Positions 48,242 through 58,707 are shown, counted from the first letter of the stretch. The stretch: DNA of 64,000 nucleotides from Acidobacteriota bacterium (GCA_963664705.1 OY761556.1:2496001-2560000), one strand, 5' to 3'. The notes: generated by a model not told the origin, from the sequence alone. Translations and numbers: made by a program.

Positions 48242-49153
48242 CTAACCCTCCTGACCCGGTTCGCGAGTGGCCTGGGATGCCTGGCGTTTCGCGAGTTGCT
48301 CGCGGTAGATATCGTCGTCGAAGCGGTCATGCCCGTTGCTGACGCGTGCTTTCGAATCCCAGGCATAATCCTTGCATTTCCAATAGGCCTTCCATGTGCG
48401 TCCGTCACGCTCTCCCGACCTTATGAAGTCCATAGGGCGATTGCATTTCGAGCATGGAGGGATCGGAACTTCTCCGGGAGTGCCCTCATTGGTCGACGCG
48501 ACTCCGGCGCGCTCATGCTTGGATCCGAATCCGCGACCCTTTGCGCACATCTCCCATTTTTTCCACGTGCCGGCCCAGGCTTCCTGGATTTCCTGCACAT
48601 TGACTGATTTGAATCCCGTCAGTTCCCGAACGCATCCTCCGTCCAGATTGGCCCGCGCGCCCTTCTTGATGAGGGTGTCAAGTTCGACTCCCTTCTTATA
48701 TTTGACGAAATCATCCGTCGAATACCGTATGCCCTCCATGTCGAGCACGCTTTGTCCGGTAAACCTCGACATCGCGTGTCCGCGGATTCGATATCCGAAT
48801 GTTCCGTCGTCTTCCTCAATCTTCTCGAAGTCGCCATCTGGGATTACATCAATTCCCCATCTGGGCGCGATCTTGTCGCATCCGCGGTCTTGCAGGTATC
48901 CGGTGACGTTCGCATCCGGATCCCGGAACAGGACCCAGTCAGACGGGCTTGTCGCAGCTAGAGATGATTTGCGAAGTGTCACGAGTATGGCGTCTCTGGT
49001 TTCCACGATGGCAATCCCCCGTTTCTCCTCGGCGGCCAACTCGTCGATGGTGACCGGAACACTGGGGCTGCGTTTCTCGACCGCGGTTTCCTTAGGCATC
49101 ACCTCAGGTTCAATCACCGGACTTTCCGGATTCCGATCTCTTTGCTCTTCCAT
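48242..49153 (-). CDS. Putative single-strand annealing protein with C-terminal zinc ribbon
   Basis: Sits upstream of the exonuclease, has CSKC...WKC ribbon and an SSB-like acidic tail REPGQEG. Annealing function is inferred from position. Confidence 0.55.
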   Translation of the reverse strand: MEEQRDRNPESPVIEPEVMPKETAVEKRSPSVPVTIDELAAEEKRGIAIVETRDAILVTLRKSSLAATSPSDWVLFRDPDANVTGYLQDRGCDKIAPRWGIDVIPDGDFEKIEEDDGTFGYRIRGHAMSRFTGQSVLDMEGIRYSTDDFVKYKKGVELDTLIKKGARANLDGGCVRELTGFKSVNVQEIQEAWAGTWKKWEMCAKGRGFGSKHERAGVASTNEGTPGEVPIPPCSKCNRPMDFIRSGERDGRTWKAYWKCKDYAWDSKARVSNGHDRFDDDIYREQLAKRQASQATREPGQEG

Positions 49154-49301
49154 GCTTGTCGTTCTTCTCCATTTGCTTGCGGTTTCGGCGCTGCCGCAGC
49201 TGGCGCCGTAATTCGGCCTGCAGGCCGCCCATTTCATCCTGGAGTGCTGCTATGCGATCCCGGATTAGCTCCGGAGTGCCTGTCTGATACGATCGTTTCA
49301 T
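49110..49301 (-). CDS. Small coiled-coil phage protein
   Basis: First ORF of the leftward operon, heptad pattern IRDRIAALQDEMGGLQAEL. Confidence 0.45.
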   Translation of the reverse strand: MKRSYQTGTPELIRDRIAALQDEMGGLQAELRRQLRQRRNRKQMEKNDKHGRAKRSESGKSGD

Positions 49302-49427
49302 GTTGGCAACAGTAGCTGGAGCGTCTGGAGATGTAAAATTGAGTTAGTTTCGAGTTTTGATCTAAGTTAGTGCAGAGTTGCGCGTTTGAGCAGGCCTGGC
49401 TTGGCTTCCGCAGCATAGGAAATTAGC

Positions 49428-49943
49428 TCATTTTTCTTGAATTTTTTCCTCGAGCAGGTCGGATGAGGTTATTCTGCGCCCTAGTTTCTTCGAGAAGACG
49501 TCGCAGTATTTCGCCAGGGTTCTGGGGTACGGGGTCTTGCCTTTGCGGATGTGATTGATTATCTGCGATTTGGAGATGTCGGACCAATACTCCAGGTCAT
49601 CGTAGGTCCAATGGCATTCCAGCCTGAGCCTGTCGATATTCCGGCCGAAGGCAGTCGGATATTCCTCGGGTTCGTGAAGACCGCCTTCTGATGGTGAGGA
49701 TGTATCGCTAATGCTGGATGCCTGATCCCGCATCTGCATAATTTGCAGACGTATACCTTCGATAGCTGTACTTATGCCATCCAGCCGGCGCCGCAAGCCT
49801 TCGATATCATCTAGAATCCTGCTCCAGCCACCCATGAACCATTCCCGACTGGAACCATTTCCAGGGCGGAATTTCTCCCTTTTGATTATCTTGCCTGGCT
49901 CGCCTTCGCGAGTCTTTGGCTCTTCCTCGGATGGAAAAGTCAC
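49428..49943 (-). CDS. XRE-like HTH regulator (C-terminal HTH, N-terminal coiled coil)
   Basis: FGRNIDRLRLECHWTYDDL...ISKSQIINHIRKGKTP. Start uncertain (49943 or 49835). Confidence 0.75.
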   Translation of the reverse strand: MTFPSEEEPKTREGEPGKIIKREKFRPGNGSSREWFMGGWSRILDDIEGLRRRLDGISTAIEGIRLQIMQMRDQASSISDTSSPSEGGLHEPEEYPTAFGRNIDRLRLECHWTYDDLEYWSDISKSQIINHIRKGKTPYPRTLAKYCDVFSKKLGRRITSSDLLEEKIQEK

Positions 49944-50056
49944 AACTGTAGGGGATGAACGCCCGAACAGGTTTCCGGGAAAGGCCGGAAAAGTGCCAAA
50001 GACTCGAACGACGGATAGGATAAACTTATTGGCAGAAGCCCCCCGGGTGGTAATCG

Positions 50057-52051
50057 ATGTGGACCAGCCACGAAGATCCGGACGATAACGAGCTTCGCCA
50101 AGCTTGCGAGCGGGTCCGCTGGATTCTGGGCGGCGGCTTTCAAGGATCTGAGCTCATAGTGGCTCGGGCCGCGCTTAGGATTGATAGAACCTACACAAGC
50201 CACGTGCAGAATAAGAAACGTGGCGAGAGCATCAAAGCCAGGAACCCCCAGGTATCCCACCAGCCCCGTTTCACTCCGAAGCAAATACTCGAACTGCTTG
50301 TCATGAGCGAATTAGAGAAAGAGGAAAAGAAACAAGAGGCTCCCGGCCATGATTTGACGCACGACGACTGGATCAAGCGCCTCTGTAAGCATTTGATAAA
50401 GCACTCGCTGACCCACACTTCGTACCATGCTGCCGTGGCTGTCGGCCGGATCCTCTGTACCTATAAGGCAAATGAGATAAGAGGCATGTACCTGCTTGTT
50501 GCCTATGACCGGGCACTGAAGAAAAGCGACCCGGAGTGTTGCCGAGCCAAAAATAGTTTGAGAAGGAGCGTGGCGCATCGGTTTGACATCGACGAGGAAG
50601 ATCTATTCAAGGAAAGATCTTGTGACAGGCTCACAGACTCCGATCGGCGAGTCCCTCTGACTATTCAGTCGCTCGACCGTTTCGCGCCTGCTGGCGGCAT
50701 CATTCCCGAGGAATACTCATGGGAATCAAACGACAATGAGGATCCTCATGCAGATTCCGTTATCGAGGTGGAGCGTATGTCTCGATTCTTCAGAATCACG
50801 AATAAATTCAACCCACTCGCGAAGGCTGCCAATCTAAAGCCCTTCGAGGAATCCGTCAAAGAATTGAAAAACTGGTGGCCTTTCTCGCCAGACGCAGGCA
50901 CAAAAAAGAACGGTAACGATGGCGGCAATGGCAGCGACGGAGGTCAGTATAACTTAAAAGAAATTCGAGACCATGTGGCGCGCGAACGGAAACGGCGGCG
51001 CCGTGTTTCGCCGGGATCACTGACAATCCGCGTTGATGGAAAAGATCAAGCTACGATCAACCTGTCGGAACAGGAGCATGAGGCGACACTTGAGGCGGAT
51101 GCCACGATAGTCGATGTTGTCGGGCGAGATGACCAGGGGGACGTCGTCCTGGCGACTTACGTGCTTACTTACGATGATCAACCACGAACAGAGGAGTGGT
51201 CGGCCGATTTACCACGATCGCAGAAACTCCTATGCACTTTCGAGTACGACGAGGAATATCGGGTGCACGCTAGATTCACCCTGACAAACACCAAACAGAT
51301 CGTTGCAACGTTGCAAGACCGTGAATACCCTGCGAGCAGAATCTCAAGTGCTTTGAGTCCAGCCTGGCTTAAAGCGCAGATCGTTCTGAGTTTTGCTGGC
51401 AAGGCGCTCATATCCATGGCCGTAGTTCTGGCAGCCCTGATTTATGTAAATATGCAGCAAAGCCTGAATAATCAAAGGACCATGCACGATCTGAATTTGG
51501 CGTATCTTCAAACCTTCTCTCGGGACATTGGAAGTGCAGAGCCAGGCCAGCGCTTACGGGCCATAAGCGTCTACCGGGAAATGAGCCCGCAATTGGCCGC
51601 ACCGCTGGCGCCCATAGCTGCGGAAGCAGATCCAATGACGGCAACGAATCGATCCGTGGAGATTTTGGCGGACAGGTCGCAGGATCCTCAGACCCGGAGT
51701 GTCGCCGAGCAAAGTCGCCGGCGGATAATGGGCGATTTCCGCATCGAGGAGCCTTCATATGGCAGTAAGGTGAACGTGAGGCAGGTTGTTCGCGGGACCA
51801 CGCCATTTCCCGAAATGCGGCATTACATAATAGTGACTACGCCGCAGGGAGTGGATTTTGTTGCGGGCGAAGCCAGGGTGTCCGGTGATACATGGGAGGG
51901 GGTCGCAACTTTTGGATCTGCTGGAGTAGGTAGGGGAGAGAAGTTTTATGTTCGGGTTATCGCGACAAGGACGAGTTTACCAGAAGGCCCGTTTGCCGGG
52001 ATGGCGGATGCTATAGCCTCAGATTCAATTCCGGTGATGCGCGACCCGTGA
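50057..52051 (+). CDS. Bitopic membrane protein: cytoplasmic sigma-like helical region, TM helix, extracellular beta-domain
   Basis: 664-aa ORF with TM ALISMAVVLAALIYV. The C-terminal ~105 aa align with the next two secreted proteins. Confidence 0.7.
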   Translation: MWTSHEDPDDNELRQACERVRWILGGGFQGSELIVARAALRIDRTYTSHVQNKKRGESIKARNPQVSHQPRFTPKQILELLVMSELEKEEKKQEAPGHDLTHDDWIKRLCKHLIKHSLTHTSYHAAVAVGRILCTYKANEIRGMYLLVAYDRALKKSDPECCRAKNSLRRSVAHRFDIDEEDLFKERSCDRLTDSDRRVPLTIQSLDRFAPAGGIIPEEYSWESNDNEDPHADSVIEVERMSRFFRITNKFNPLAKAANLKPFEESVKELKNWWPFSPDAGTKKNGNDGGNGSDGGQYNLKEIRDHVARERKRRRRVSPGSLTIRVDGKDQATINLSEQEHEATLEADATIVDVVGRDDQGDVVLATYVLTYDDQPRTEEWSADLPRSQKLLCTFEYDEEYRVHARFTLTNTKQIVATLQDREYPASRISSALSPAWLKAQIVLSFAGKALISMAVVLAALIYVNMQQSLNNQRTMHDLNLAYLQTFSRDIGSAEPGQRLRAISVYREMSPQLAAPLAPIAAEADPMTATNRSVEILADRSQDPQTRSVAEQSRRRIMGDFRIEEPSYGSKVNVRQVVRGTTPFPEMRHYIIVTTPQGVDFVAGEARVSGDTWEGVATFGSAGVGRGEKFYVRVIATRTSLPEGPFAGMADAIASDSIPVMRDP

Positions 52052-52063
52052 AGGAGACATTCA

Positions 52064-52519
52064 ATGCGAACAAAACGATTGGTGCTGACTGCTGCCGTTC
52101 TTGGAATTATTTCCGCATTGGGATTGCAGGCGCTTCAGGTCGGGGAATCACGGGCTCTGACGAATGTCGAACAGACTCAGAGTCTAAAGATCTGGATAAC
52201 CGAACCGAAGAATCGAGAAACAGTCCCTGAAAGGCCATATGTCGAGGGAAAGGTATCCAATACGACTGCTGCCGTTTGGGTGCTTGTGCATCCGATGGAG
52301 GTTTCGGACTATTGGGTTCAGCCGCAGCTCACAGTGAATCGAGACGGCGCCTGGAGGGTTGGCATATATATAGGCCGGCCTGGCACCGTGGATGCAGGAA
52401 AGCGCTTTGAAATTATGGCAATCGCGAATCCTAAACGTCCGCTGAAGGAGGGAGATGTCTTGCGGTTCTGGCCGGACGCTGAATCAAAATCAGAGGTAGT
52501 TGAGGTGATTAGGAAATAG
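52064..52519 (+). CDS. Secreted single beta-sandwich-like domain protein
   Basis: AAGGAG RBS, signal peptide, paralog of the C-terminal domain of 50057-52051. Confidence 0.8.
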   Translation: MRTKRLVLTAAVLGIISALGLQALQVGESRALTNVEQTQSLKIWITEPKNRETVPERPYVEGKVSNTTAAVWVLVHPMEVSDYWVQPQLTVNRDGAWRVGIYIGRPGTVDAGKRFEIMAIANPKRPLKEGDVLRFWPDAESKSEVVEVIRK

Positions 52520-52524
52520 AAGAT

Positions 52525-52701
52525 TCAGCAAGGAACATTGGTATGAAACTGCTCCCGGTCCGCGTCGGGATAGAGCGATTCCCTCGCAAACTCAAAGATC
52601 TGCCGTGAACTCTGGAAGATATTCCAGTTGCTCAGCACGGAGGCGTCTCGGACGAGTGAGATCCTCTGTCGGAAGATCCGATATTGATATGCGACGATCA
52701 T
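52525..52701 (-). pseudogene. Truncated RadC/JAB-domain-like gene (N-terminus only)
   Basis: Manual translation MIVAYQYRIFRQRISLVRDAS...FAREslypDADREQFH, then an early stop. ATGA-coupled to the upstream remnant. Not in the ORF track. Confidence 0.6.
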
Positions 52702-52998
52702 AGATTCCTCCCGTTTCTCGCAAATTGCTCGGCAACTGTCCTTGGGCTGTAATAAAAATCAAGCTCCGCGTGGTTCTCGATCAATTCCTCAATGGATATG
52801 TAGCCATACTCCTGACCATATCCGAGATCGGCAATTCCGAAGGCCTGGAGCTGTTTCCGCTCTCCGTCCTTTTCCGTGATGTACCAGTTGCAGTTTCCTA
52901 TGAGGTAGTGAAGGTAAATGACGGCCTGGTCTCCTTTGCCCTCCTATGAATCGGGTCAGTTTGTCCAATGCAGCTTTCGCTTCCTCAAATCTGTCCAT
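52698..52998 (-). pseudogene. DUF2958-like gene with internal deletion/frameshift
   Basis: MDRFEEAKAALDKLTRFIG is out of frame with EGKGDQAVIYLHYLIGNCNWYITEKD...QAFGIADLGYGQEYGYISIEEL...LDFYYSPRT. Confidence 0.7.
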
Positions 52999-53450
52999 TC
53001 CAAGTTCCTTTCTTATGAGTTTGCGGGCGCCATATTGTCGGGAGCCTCACGTAATGACCGGAAGAATGCTGAAAGAAGGCATGTGGTTGAAACTGGAAGG
53101 CGCAGGTGTCCTAGATCCTGTCGTACAAGTAGTTGATTGTGCAACAGGATAGATGCAATTCACGCCCTGCCGGGCTGCAAAGACACGATTCATTTTCCAA
53201 GACTCCATATATGCGCCAGCCAACGCTTTCAGGGATCATTGAATAAAATTTTCGAAAAAAGTGAGAATTTTTGCGAATTCCGGTAGGCGCCGACCATTCT
53301 TTTGCGTTCTTGATAACTGAAATAACCTGCAATCTTGGTTTTTCAAGTTACGGATTATTTGTTTCGGGACTGGCTTGCATAGCAATGGGTCCAGGTTGGG
53401 AGTCGGGTCCATTGCTTTCGCTTTGGCTCAGTACCCCTGGAGGCAGAAAC

Positions 53451-53873
53451 ATGAAAGCATTCTGGGTTGGCCTTGCGCTTGTTCTGTTTGGTTGCAACGC
53501 CCTGGCTCAATCGAGCCTGAGAATTGATAAGCTCGAACGGAAAAATATCGAGGAAGCAGGCACGACCGTCGGTTACAGCGGGTTGATAGAAGGAACAACC
53601 GACGATCCTGATCAAATAATCTATGCGCTAGTCCATGAGCCGCACCTGAAGGCCTGGCGGCTTTTCCCCGCGACCATTCACGAAGAAGGGGGCGCTTATC
53701 GCTGGAGCGCCCTGTGCCATTTCGGCAAATCGGATGGCACCGGGATTGGCGCATCCTATCAGGTCCGGGTCATGGCATTGGACCGGAGCCGAACCCTGAC
53801 CGAAGGCTTGCCCGCCAAATTGTCTCCCACCACCCTCAAGTCAAACGTGATTGTCCTGAAACGCACAAGATAG
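53451..53873 (+). CDS. Secreted (possibly lipoprotein) beta-domain protein, third paralog
   Basis: GGAGG RBS, signal MKAFWVGLALVLFGCNALA, ends 16 bp before the Rhs start. Confidence 0.8.
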   Translation: MKAFWVGLALVLFGCNALAQSSLRIDKLERKNIEEAGTTVGYSGLIEGTTDDPDQIIYALVHEPHLKAWRLFPATIHEEGGAYRWSALCHFGKSDGTGIGASYQVRVMALDRSRTLTEGLPAKLSPTTLKSNVIVLKRTR

Positions 53874-53889
53874 CGCGGAGAACTGGGCC

Positions 53890-56800
53890 ATGACAAAACG
53901 AATCCTACTCATTCTGATTGCATTCCTGACTTTCCCGATCGCAACAAGAACCGCTCTTATTGAAACCGAATTAACCTATGACTGCATGAATGTGCAGGGG
54001 ATGTATTCATTTGTTCCCTATCTGGGCGGACTTGGACAAATCAACCTGGTGAACGGAAATCTTGTTTTCAGCAGGCCGTTGCCGACGCGACCGGGCAGAG
54101 CCGGCTTGGATCTGTCCCTGTCATTGGCCTATAACAGCAAGATCTGGACGCGAACCGGCACCACGCTGATGGGGTTGTCCGAACCGGGAAGTTCCGTGGG
54201 ATTGGGGTGGCGGCTTGGATTTCCATACCTTGTCCAGGGGAGATCCAGCTATACACTTGTCATGTCCGACGGCAGTTCGCACGAGATTGCCGATTATGGA
54301 CGCGGCGACTGGAGGTCTGTCGATTCCACCTATATACGGCTGACGCCGGGCAATCCGAAGGTGGCGACGATGGTCGGAGGCACAAAGCTGTTTTTTGGAA
54401 ATACCGTGGGGGCCAATTCCTACGCAACGGAAGTTCGGGATCGAAACGGAAACCAGATATTTGCAACCTATGTGCCCGGCACCGGGAAACTGGCCTCGAT
54501 TGACGACAGCCTGGGAAATTCCTACGACACAACCACCTACCCTTACACAGCCGTGCCGCAGATGACTTTCTTCTATGGCGGGGATGGATTTCTCAGCAAC
54601 ATCCGGGTGATGCATGCGAGCTATCCCATATGGATTAATTTTCAATACGCGACACCGTCGCTTTCGCCGTCCTTCCCGTCTCCTTATACGGTTCAGAGCC
54701 CGGGCCCCAATGAAAAGGTGTTGAGTTCGATATGGATGACCGGAATCAACGGAGGCCTGAGCAATACGCGCCTGGGCCAATTGTTTCAATACAATGCGTT
54801 TGGCGAGCTGGCGTCGGTCACCGACTCGGTCAGCGAATACGGCTATGATTACAATACCTATCAATGGACACTGATTTCATCCACGAGCAGGGACAGAGTT
54901 TCCTATTCCTATACGACAAACAGCATCTATGATGGCGGCACTCCAAGCTGGCGCCCGCAGAGGATGGTTTCCCAGAAAACCGAATACGTAAACAACAACG
55001 GCATCGTAACCAGTTCCACGTGGTCGATTGGATACAGCGTGGACCAGACCAAATCGAATCCTTCCTCGGTGGAGGTAGCCTCCGAAATCGACGGACGATC
55101 GGTTTACAGTCTGAACTACACCTCATCGGGATCGAACTGGTCTGACGGCATGCCGATCTCGGTCACGCGGAAAACCTATAACGGGCAGACTGTTTTGAGG
55201 ACCCAGAGCTATTCCTGGAGTCAGGACGATACGCTGAAGACTTTTGTTCTGAACCCGCGAATCACGTCTGCCACAACCACGCTGGACGATGGGAAAACGA
55301 CGCAAACGGCAACAACCTACGCCGCCGACGGGACCGGCAATGTGAAGGAAACCGTCGAAACCGGGTTCAGCGGTTCGGTGCTTCGAAGAACGGCAATGGA
55401 GTACTGGCACGAGACGCATCCGGAATATGTTGCGCAGGGATTGACCAACCTGGTGTCGGCCGTATCGACAAGAAACGCAGGCAATGTCGAGCTGACCCGG
55501 ACACAGACCGCCTATGACGAATATGGCGCTTATCCTTTGGTGGCGATGGCCTATAACCCGGTCAATCACAATTCCGGATACTGGACAGCATATTTGACGC
55601 GGGGAAACGCGACCAGTGCGGGAGCGCTGTACAAGGAGCAGTCCCGATGGGTTATGTCTCATGCCCAATATGATATCGCGGGCAATGTGGTGAGGAAGGT
55701 TGATCCCAAAGGCAACCAGTCCACGGTTTCCTATACCGTCGGTCCCTATCCGGCCTCGTCGACCGATGCCATGAATCATACGACGCAGTACTCGTGGGAG
55801 AGTTTCCTTGGTACGGCTTGGACCGGGAATCTGTATTCGACGACGGACCCCAACGGCGCCCAGGTTACCAATGCCTATGACGGGCTCAATAGAAAAGTAA
55901 ATCAATCGGCGCCGACCGGAAATTCGTATTTTTCTTATGATGATCAGGATTACCAGGTAACCACCAACAACTCATCGGGTTATTCCTATTTTGACAGCAA
56001 TCCTTCGGGCAACACGATCAAAACGCAGAAGGAGATCCCGTCGGAAAACAGCATTTATGAAAAAGCGGACTACGATGCTCATGGCCAGGCCACGAAGAAG
56101 TGGCTGCCCAGTCGTGGAGGCACGGCGGCGTTTACGACCTACAGCTATGATGTGCTGGGCAGGATTACCAGCGTAAGCCCGGCAACGGGCGGCCAGATAA
56201 CGTATCAATATGTGGGAAACGTAACCACAGCGACCGATCAGGAGGGACGAAGAAAAAGGACGGAACACAATGAGTCCGGGCAGATTCTAAAGGTGATCGA
56301 GGAGGATTCCAACGGGAACTGGGGACCTGAGACGGTATATTCCTATGATATTCCGGGCCGGCTGATACAAATCCTGCAGGGGGTTCAAGTGAGGACCTAT
56401 GGATACAACAGCCTGGGCAGAAAGATAGCGGAAACCAATCCCGAGAGCGGAACGGTAACGTTTGTCTATGACGATAACGGGAACGTGACGCAGAAGACGG
56501 ATTCCAGGGGTGTCGTCACGGGCTACAGCTATGATGCCCTGAACCGGTTGCTGGTTACGTCCTATTCGGACGGTACTCCATGGTCGCTGATGAGTTACGA
56601 TGAATCGAGTTCGAGTCTGATAGGTCTGATAACGAACGGGCAGGGGCGGATGACGAGCGCCTGGACGGTCAACAGCAGTCTTCAGATTACAGGAGAGAGT
56701 GTCGGTTATAGCTGGAGCTACGACCAGGGGGGCCGGGTGACGCAGCAGATCATGCGTATGGACTCCACGAATTATCCTGTAAACTATAACTACACACCGG

Positions 56801-58707
56801 CTGGCTGCGGATGCTCGAAGAAGGACCTACAAAGTATGACCTATCCTGACGGCAATGAGATCACATACACGCGAGATCCAATCGGACGAGCGACGGGAAT
56901 AGCAGATACTGTCATTTCCGGGACGAGCCGAACCTATGTCACGGATGTCGACTACGCGCTGGTGGATGGATCGGTTTCGCTGATTTCGTATGGAACCAGC
57001 TCGGAAGAGCATGTCGCGGATAGTTACGGGAGGCTTTCGGTCATCCGGATAACGGTTCCGAATAGCATGTGGGGGACTCCCCACGAATATGACCTGAATT
57101 ATTCGTACACGCTGTCCAACCGGATCTCTCGGGTCGACTACACGAAAAAGGATGCTTACGGCAACAGCCTGGAATCGAAATGGTCGACGTATGGGTACGA
57201 TCGATTGGGGCGGCTGTCGGCGGAAACTCTGCAGTCGGCGAATGGAACGGAGTGGAGCGGCAACTGGAGTTATGACAGGTATGGAAATGTGAGTGGGACC
57301 GCCAATGACCAGAACAACCGGCTTGCAGCGTATGCATCTTACTACGATCAGTCGGGCAACCAGCTTCAGGATGCGGCCAATTCGTACCTTTACAATGCCA
57401 ACAATATGATAAGGCAGGCGAATCGCACGTCGGATAGCGCGTTACTGGGAGCGTACCGGTACGATGCACTGGGCCGCAGGGTGAAGAAGAGCTGGAATTA
57501 CTTTTATTATGGAGAGCAGCGCTCGGTCAGCTATTCGTATGTTTATGGGAACGGCAATGAAATCCTTGCCGAATACAAGGTGGAGAGCGCGTCGTGGCAG
57601 ACGTATGAAAATACATATACGAACAATATCTATATGAACTCGGCGCTTGTTGCGCGGCGCACCAGGGGCTATACGAACAACAGCTTTGGCTACACGGTGG
57701 TGGATAACCTCAAATGGCCGGGAAGGAATCACCGGCAGGAGGAGATTGTTACGATCGGAAGCCAGATCGTTGATAGTGGCTTTTATTCCAGGGCATTTGG
57801 TTCCGGCGGCTCGGATCAATATCCCGGCCACAAGGTGGATGAAGAGACAGGTCTGAAGGACTTCGGGTCGAGGTATTACAATACATCGCTGATGCGATGG
57901 ACCTCTCCGGATCCTCTAACTGCCCATATCTTTGATCCTCAGTCGCTGAACAAGTACGCGTACGTCAGAAATGATCCGGTGAACAGAGTCGATCCGAATG
58001 GCAGAGACTCTATATTCCTTGATCCCTACGCCTACAGCAATGCCTTATTTGCATTCGGATTTGCCGAAGCTGCTGGAACGGCTACTGAAGAGGAATTCAA
58101 TACCTGGCTTTTCGAGACTCTGACGCCACTTTCATTGAATACCTCATTTGACTCTGACAGCATGACAATAAACATCAGCCTTGCCGTAATGGCTCCTTTT
58201 TATCCTGAGCCGGTTTTTGATGCGGCGACGGGTTTGTTGATGGATCCAACCGGATATATTGAACCGGGCATACAAGACGCGAGTTTTGGATTCGTGACAA
58301 CGGTCGTACCTATGGTGCGGGGAGCGGTTGGTATTGGAGTGGCGGCGGGAAGAGGTGTTATCAGTAGCATTTCTTCCTCAGTTTCCACAACTGAAATTGG
58401 TGCAATAGGGACTCGCCTGATTTCAGACGAAACTGGTGCAATTACGATTGGGACTACGGAAGTGCACCACTTGCTTCCGACACAATTTAAGACTTTTTTC
58501 AAAGCAGCGGGACTTGATATTGAGGAATATACTCTTTCAATGAGTAAAGCAGGACATCGACTCCTTCCAGATGGCCTCCATACGGGTACGGGAGCAGACA
58601 ACTGGAATGGCGCATGGAAAATTTTTATTGATAGTAATCCTCTAGCAACAAAACAGCAGATTCTTGATCAACTTAATATCATGAAGGCGGAATTTGGATT
58701 ACCCTAG
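53890..58707 (+). CDS. Rhs/YD-repeat polymorphic toxin with Sec signal peptide and DUF2380-like His-rich nuclease tip
   Basis: Signal peptide, INLVNGNL, many YD repeats, core end YVRNDPVNRVDPNG, tip HHLLP..F..AGLDIEEYT..H..LH..WNGAW..F. Confidence 0.93.
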   Translation: MTKRILLILIAFLTFPIATRTALIETELTYDCMNVQGMYSFVPYLGGLGQINLVNGNLVFSRPLPTRPGRAGLDLSLSLAYNSKIWTRTGTTLMGLSEPGSSVGLGWRLGFPYLVQGRSSYTLVMSDGSSHEIADYGRGDWRSVDSTYIRLTPGNPKVATMVGGTKLFFGNTVGANSYATEVRDRNGNQIFATYVPGTGKLASIDDSLGNSYDTTTYPYTAVPQMTFFYGGDGFLSNIRVMHASYPIWINFQYATPSLSPSFPSPYTVQSPGPNEKVLSSIWMTGINGGLSNTRLGQLFQYNAFGELASVTDSVSEYGYDYNTYQWTLISSTSRDRVSYSYTTNSIYDGGTPSWRPQRMVSQKTEYVNNNGIVTSSTWSIGYSVDQTKSNPSSVEVASEIDGRSVYSLNYTSSGSNWSDGMPISVTRKTYNGQTVLRTQSYSWSQDDTLKTFVLNPRITSATTTLDDGKTTQTATTYAADGTGNVKETVETGFSGSVLRRTAMEYWHETHPEYVAQGLTNLVSAVSTRNAGNVELTRTQTAYDEYGAYPLVAMAYNPVNHNSGYWTAYLTRGNATSAGALYKEQSRWVMSHAQYDIAGNVVRKVDPKGNQSTVSYTVGPYPASSTDAMNHTTQYSWESFLGTAWTGNLYSTTDPNGAQVTNAYDGLNRKVNQSAPTGNSYFSYDDQDYQVTTNNSSGYSYFDSNPSGNTIKTQKEIPSENSIYEKADYDAHGQATKKWLPSRGGTAAFTTYSYDVLGRITSVSPATGGQITYQYVGNVTTATDQEGRRKRTEHNESGQILKVIEEDSNGNWGPETVYSYDIPGRLIQILQGVQVRTYGYNSLGRKIAETNPESGTVTFVYDDNGNVTQKTDSRGVVTGYSYDALNRLLVTSYSDGTPWSLMSYDESSSSLIGLITNGQGRMTSAWTVNSSLQITGESVGYSWSYDQGGRVTQQIMRMDSTNYPVNYNYTPAGCGCSKKDLQSMTYPDGNEITYTRDPIGRATGIADTVISGTSRTYVTDVDYALVDGSVSLISYGTSSEEHVADSYGRLSVIRITVPNSMWGTPHEYDLNYSYTLSNRISRVDYTKKDAYGNSLESKWSTYGYDRLGRLSAETLQSANGTEWSGNWSYDRYGNVSGTANDQNNRLAAYASYYDQSGNQLQDAANSYLYNANNMIRQANRTSDSALLGAYRYDALGRRVKKSWNYFYYGEQRSVSYSYVYGNGNEILAEYKVESASWQTYENTYTNNIYMNSALVARRTRGYTNNSFGYTVVDNLKWPGRNHRQEEIVTIGSQIVDSGFYSRAFGSGGSDQYPGHKVDEETGLKDFGSRYYNTSLMRWTSPDPLTAHIFDPQSLNKYAYVRNDPVNRVDPNGRDSIFLDPYAYSNALFAFGFAEAAGTATEEEFNTWLFETLTPLSLNTSFDSDSMTINISLAVMAPFYPEPVFDAATGLLMDPTGYIEPGIQDASFGFVTTVVPMVRGAVGIGVAAGRGVISSISSSVSTTEIGAIGTRLISDETGAITIGTTEVHHLLPTQFKTFFKAAGLDIEEYTLSMSKAGHRLLPDGLHTGTGADNWNGAWKIFIDSNPLATKQQILDQLNIMKAEFGLP

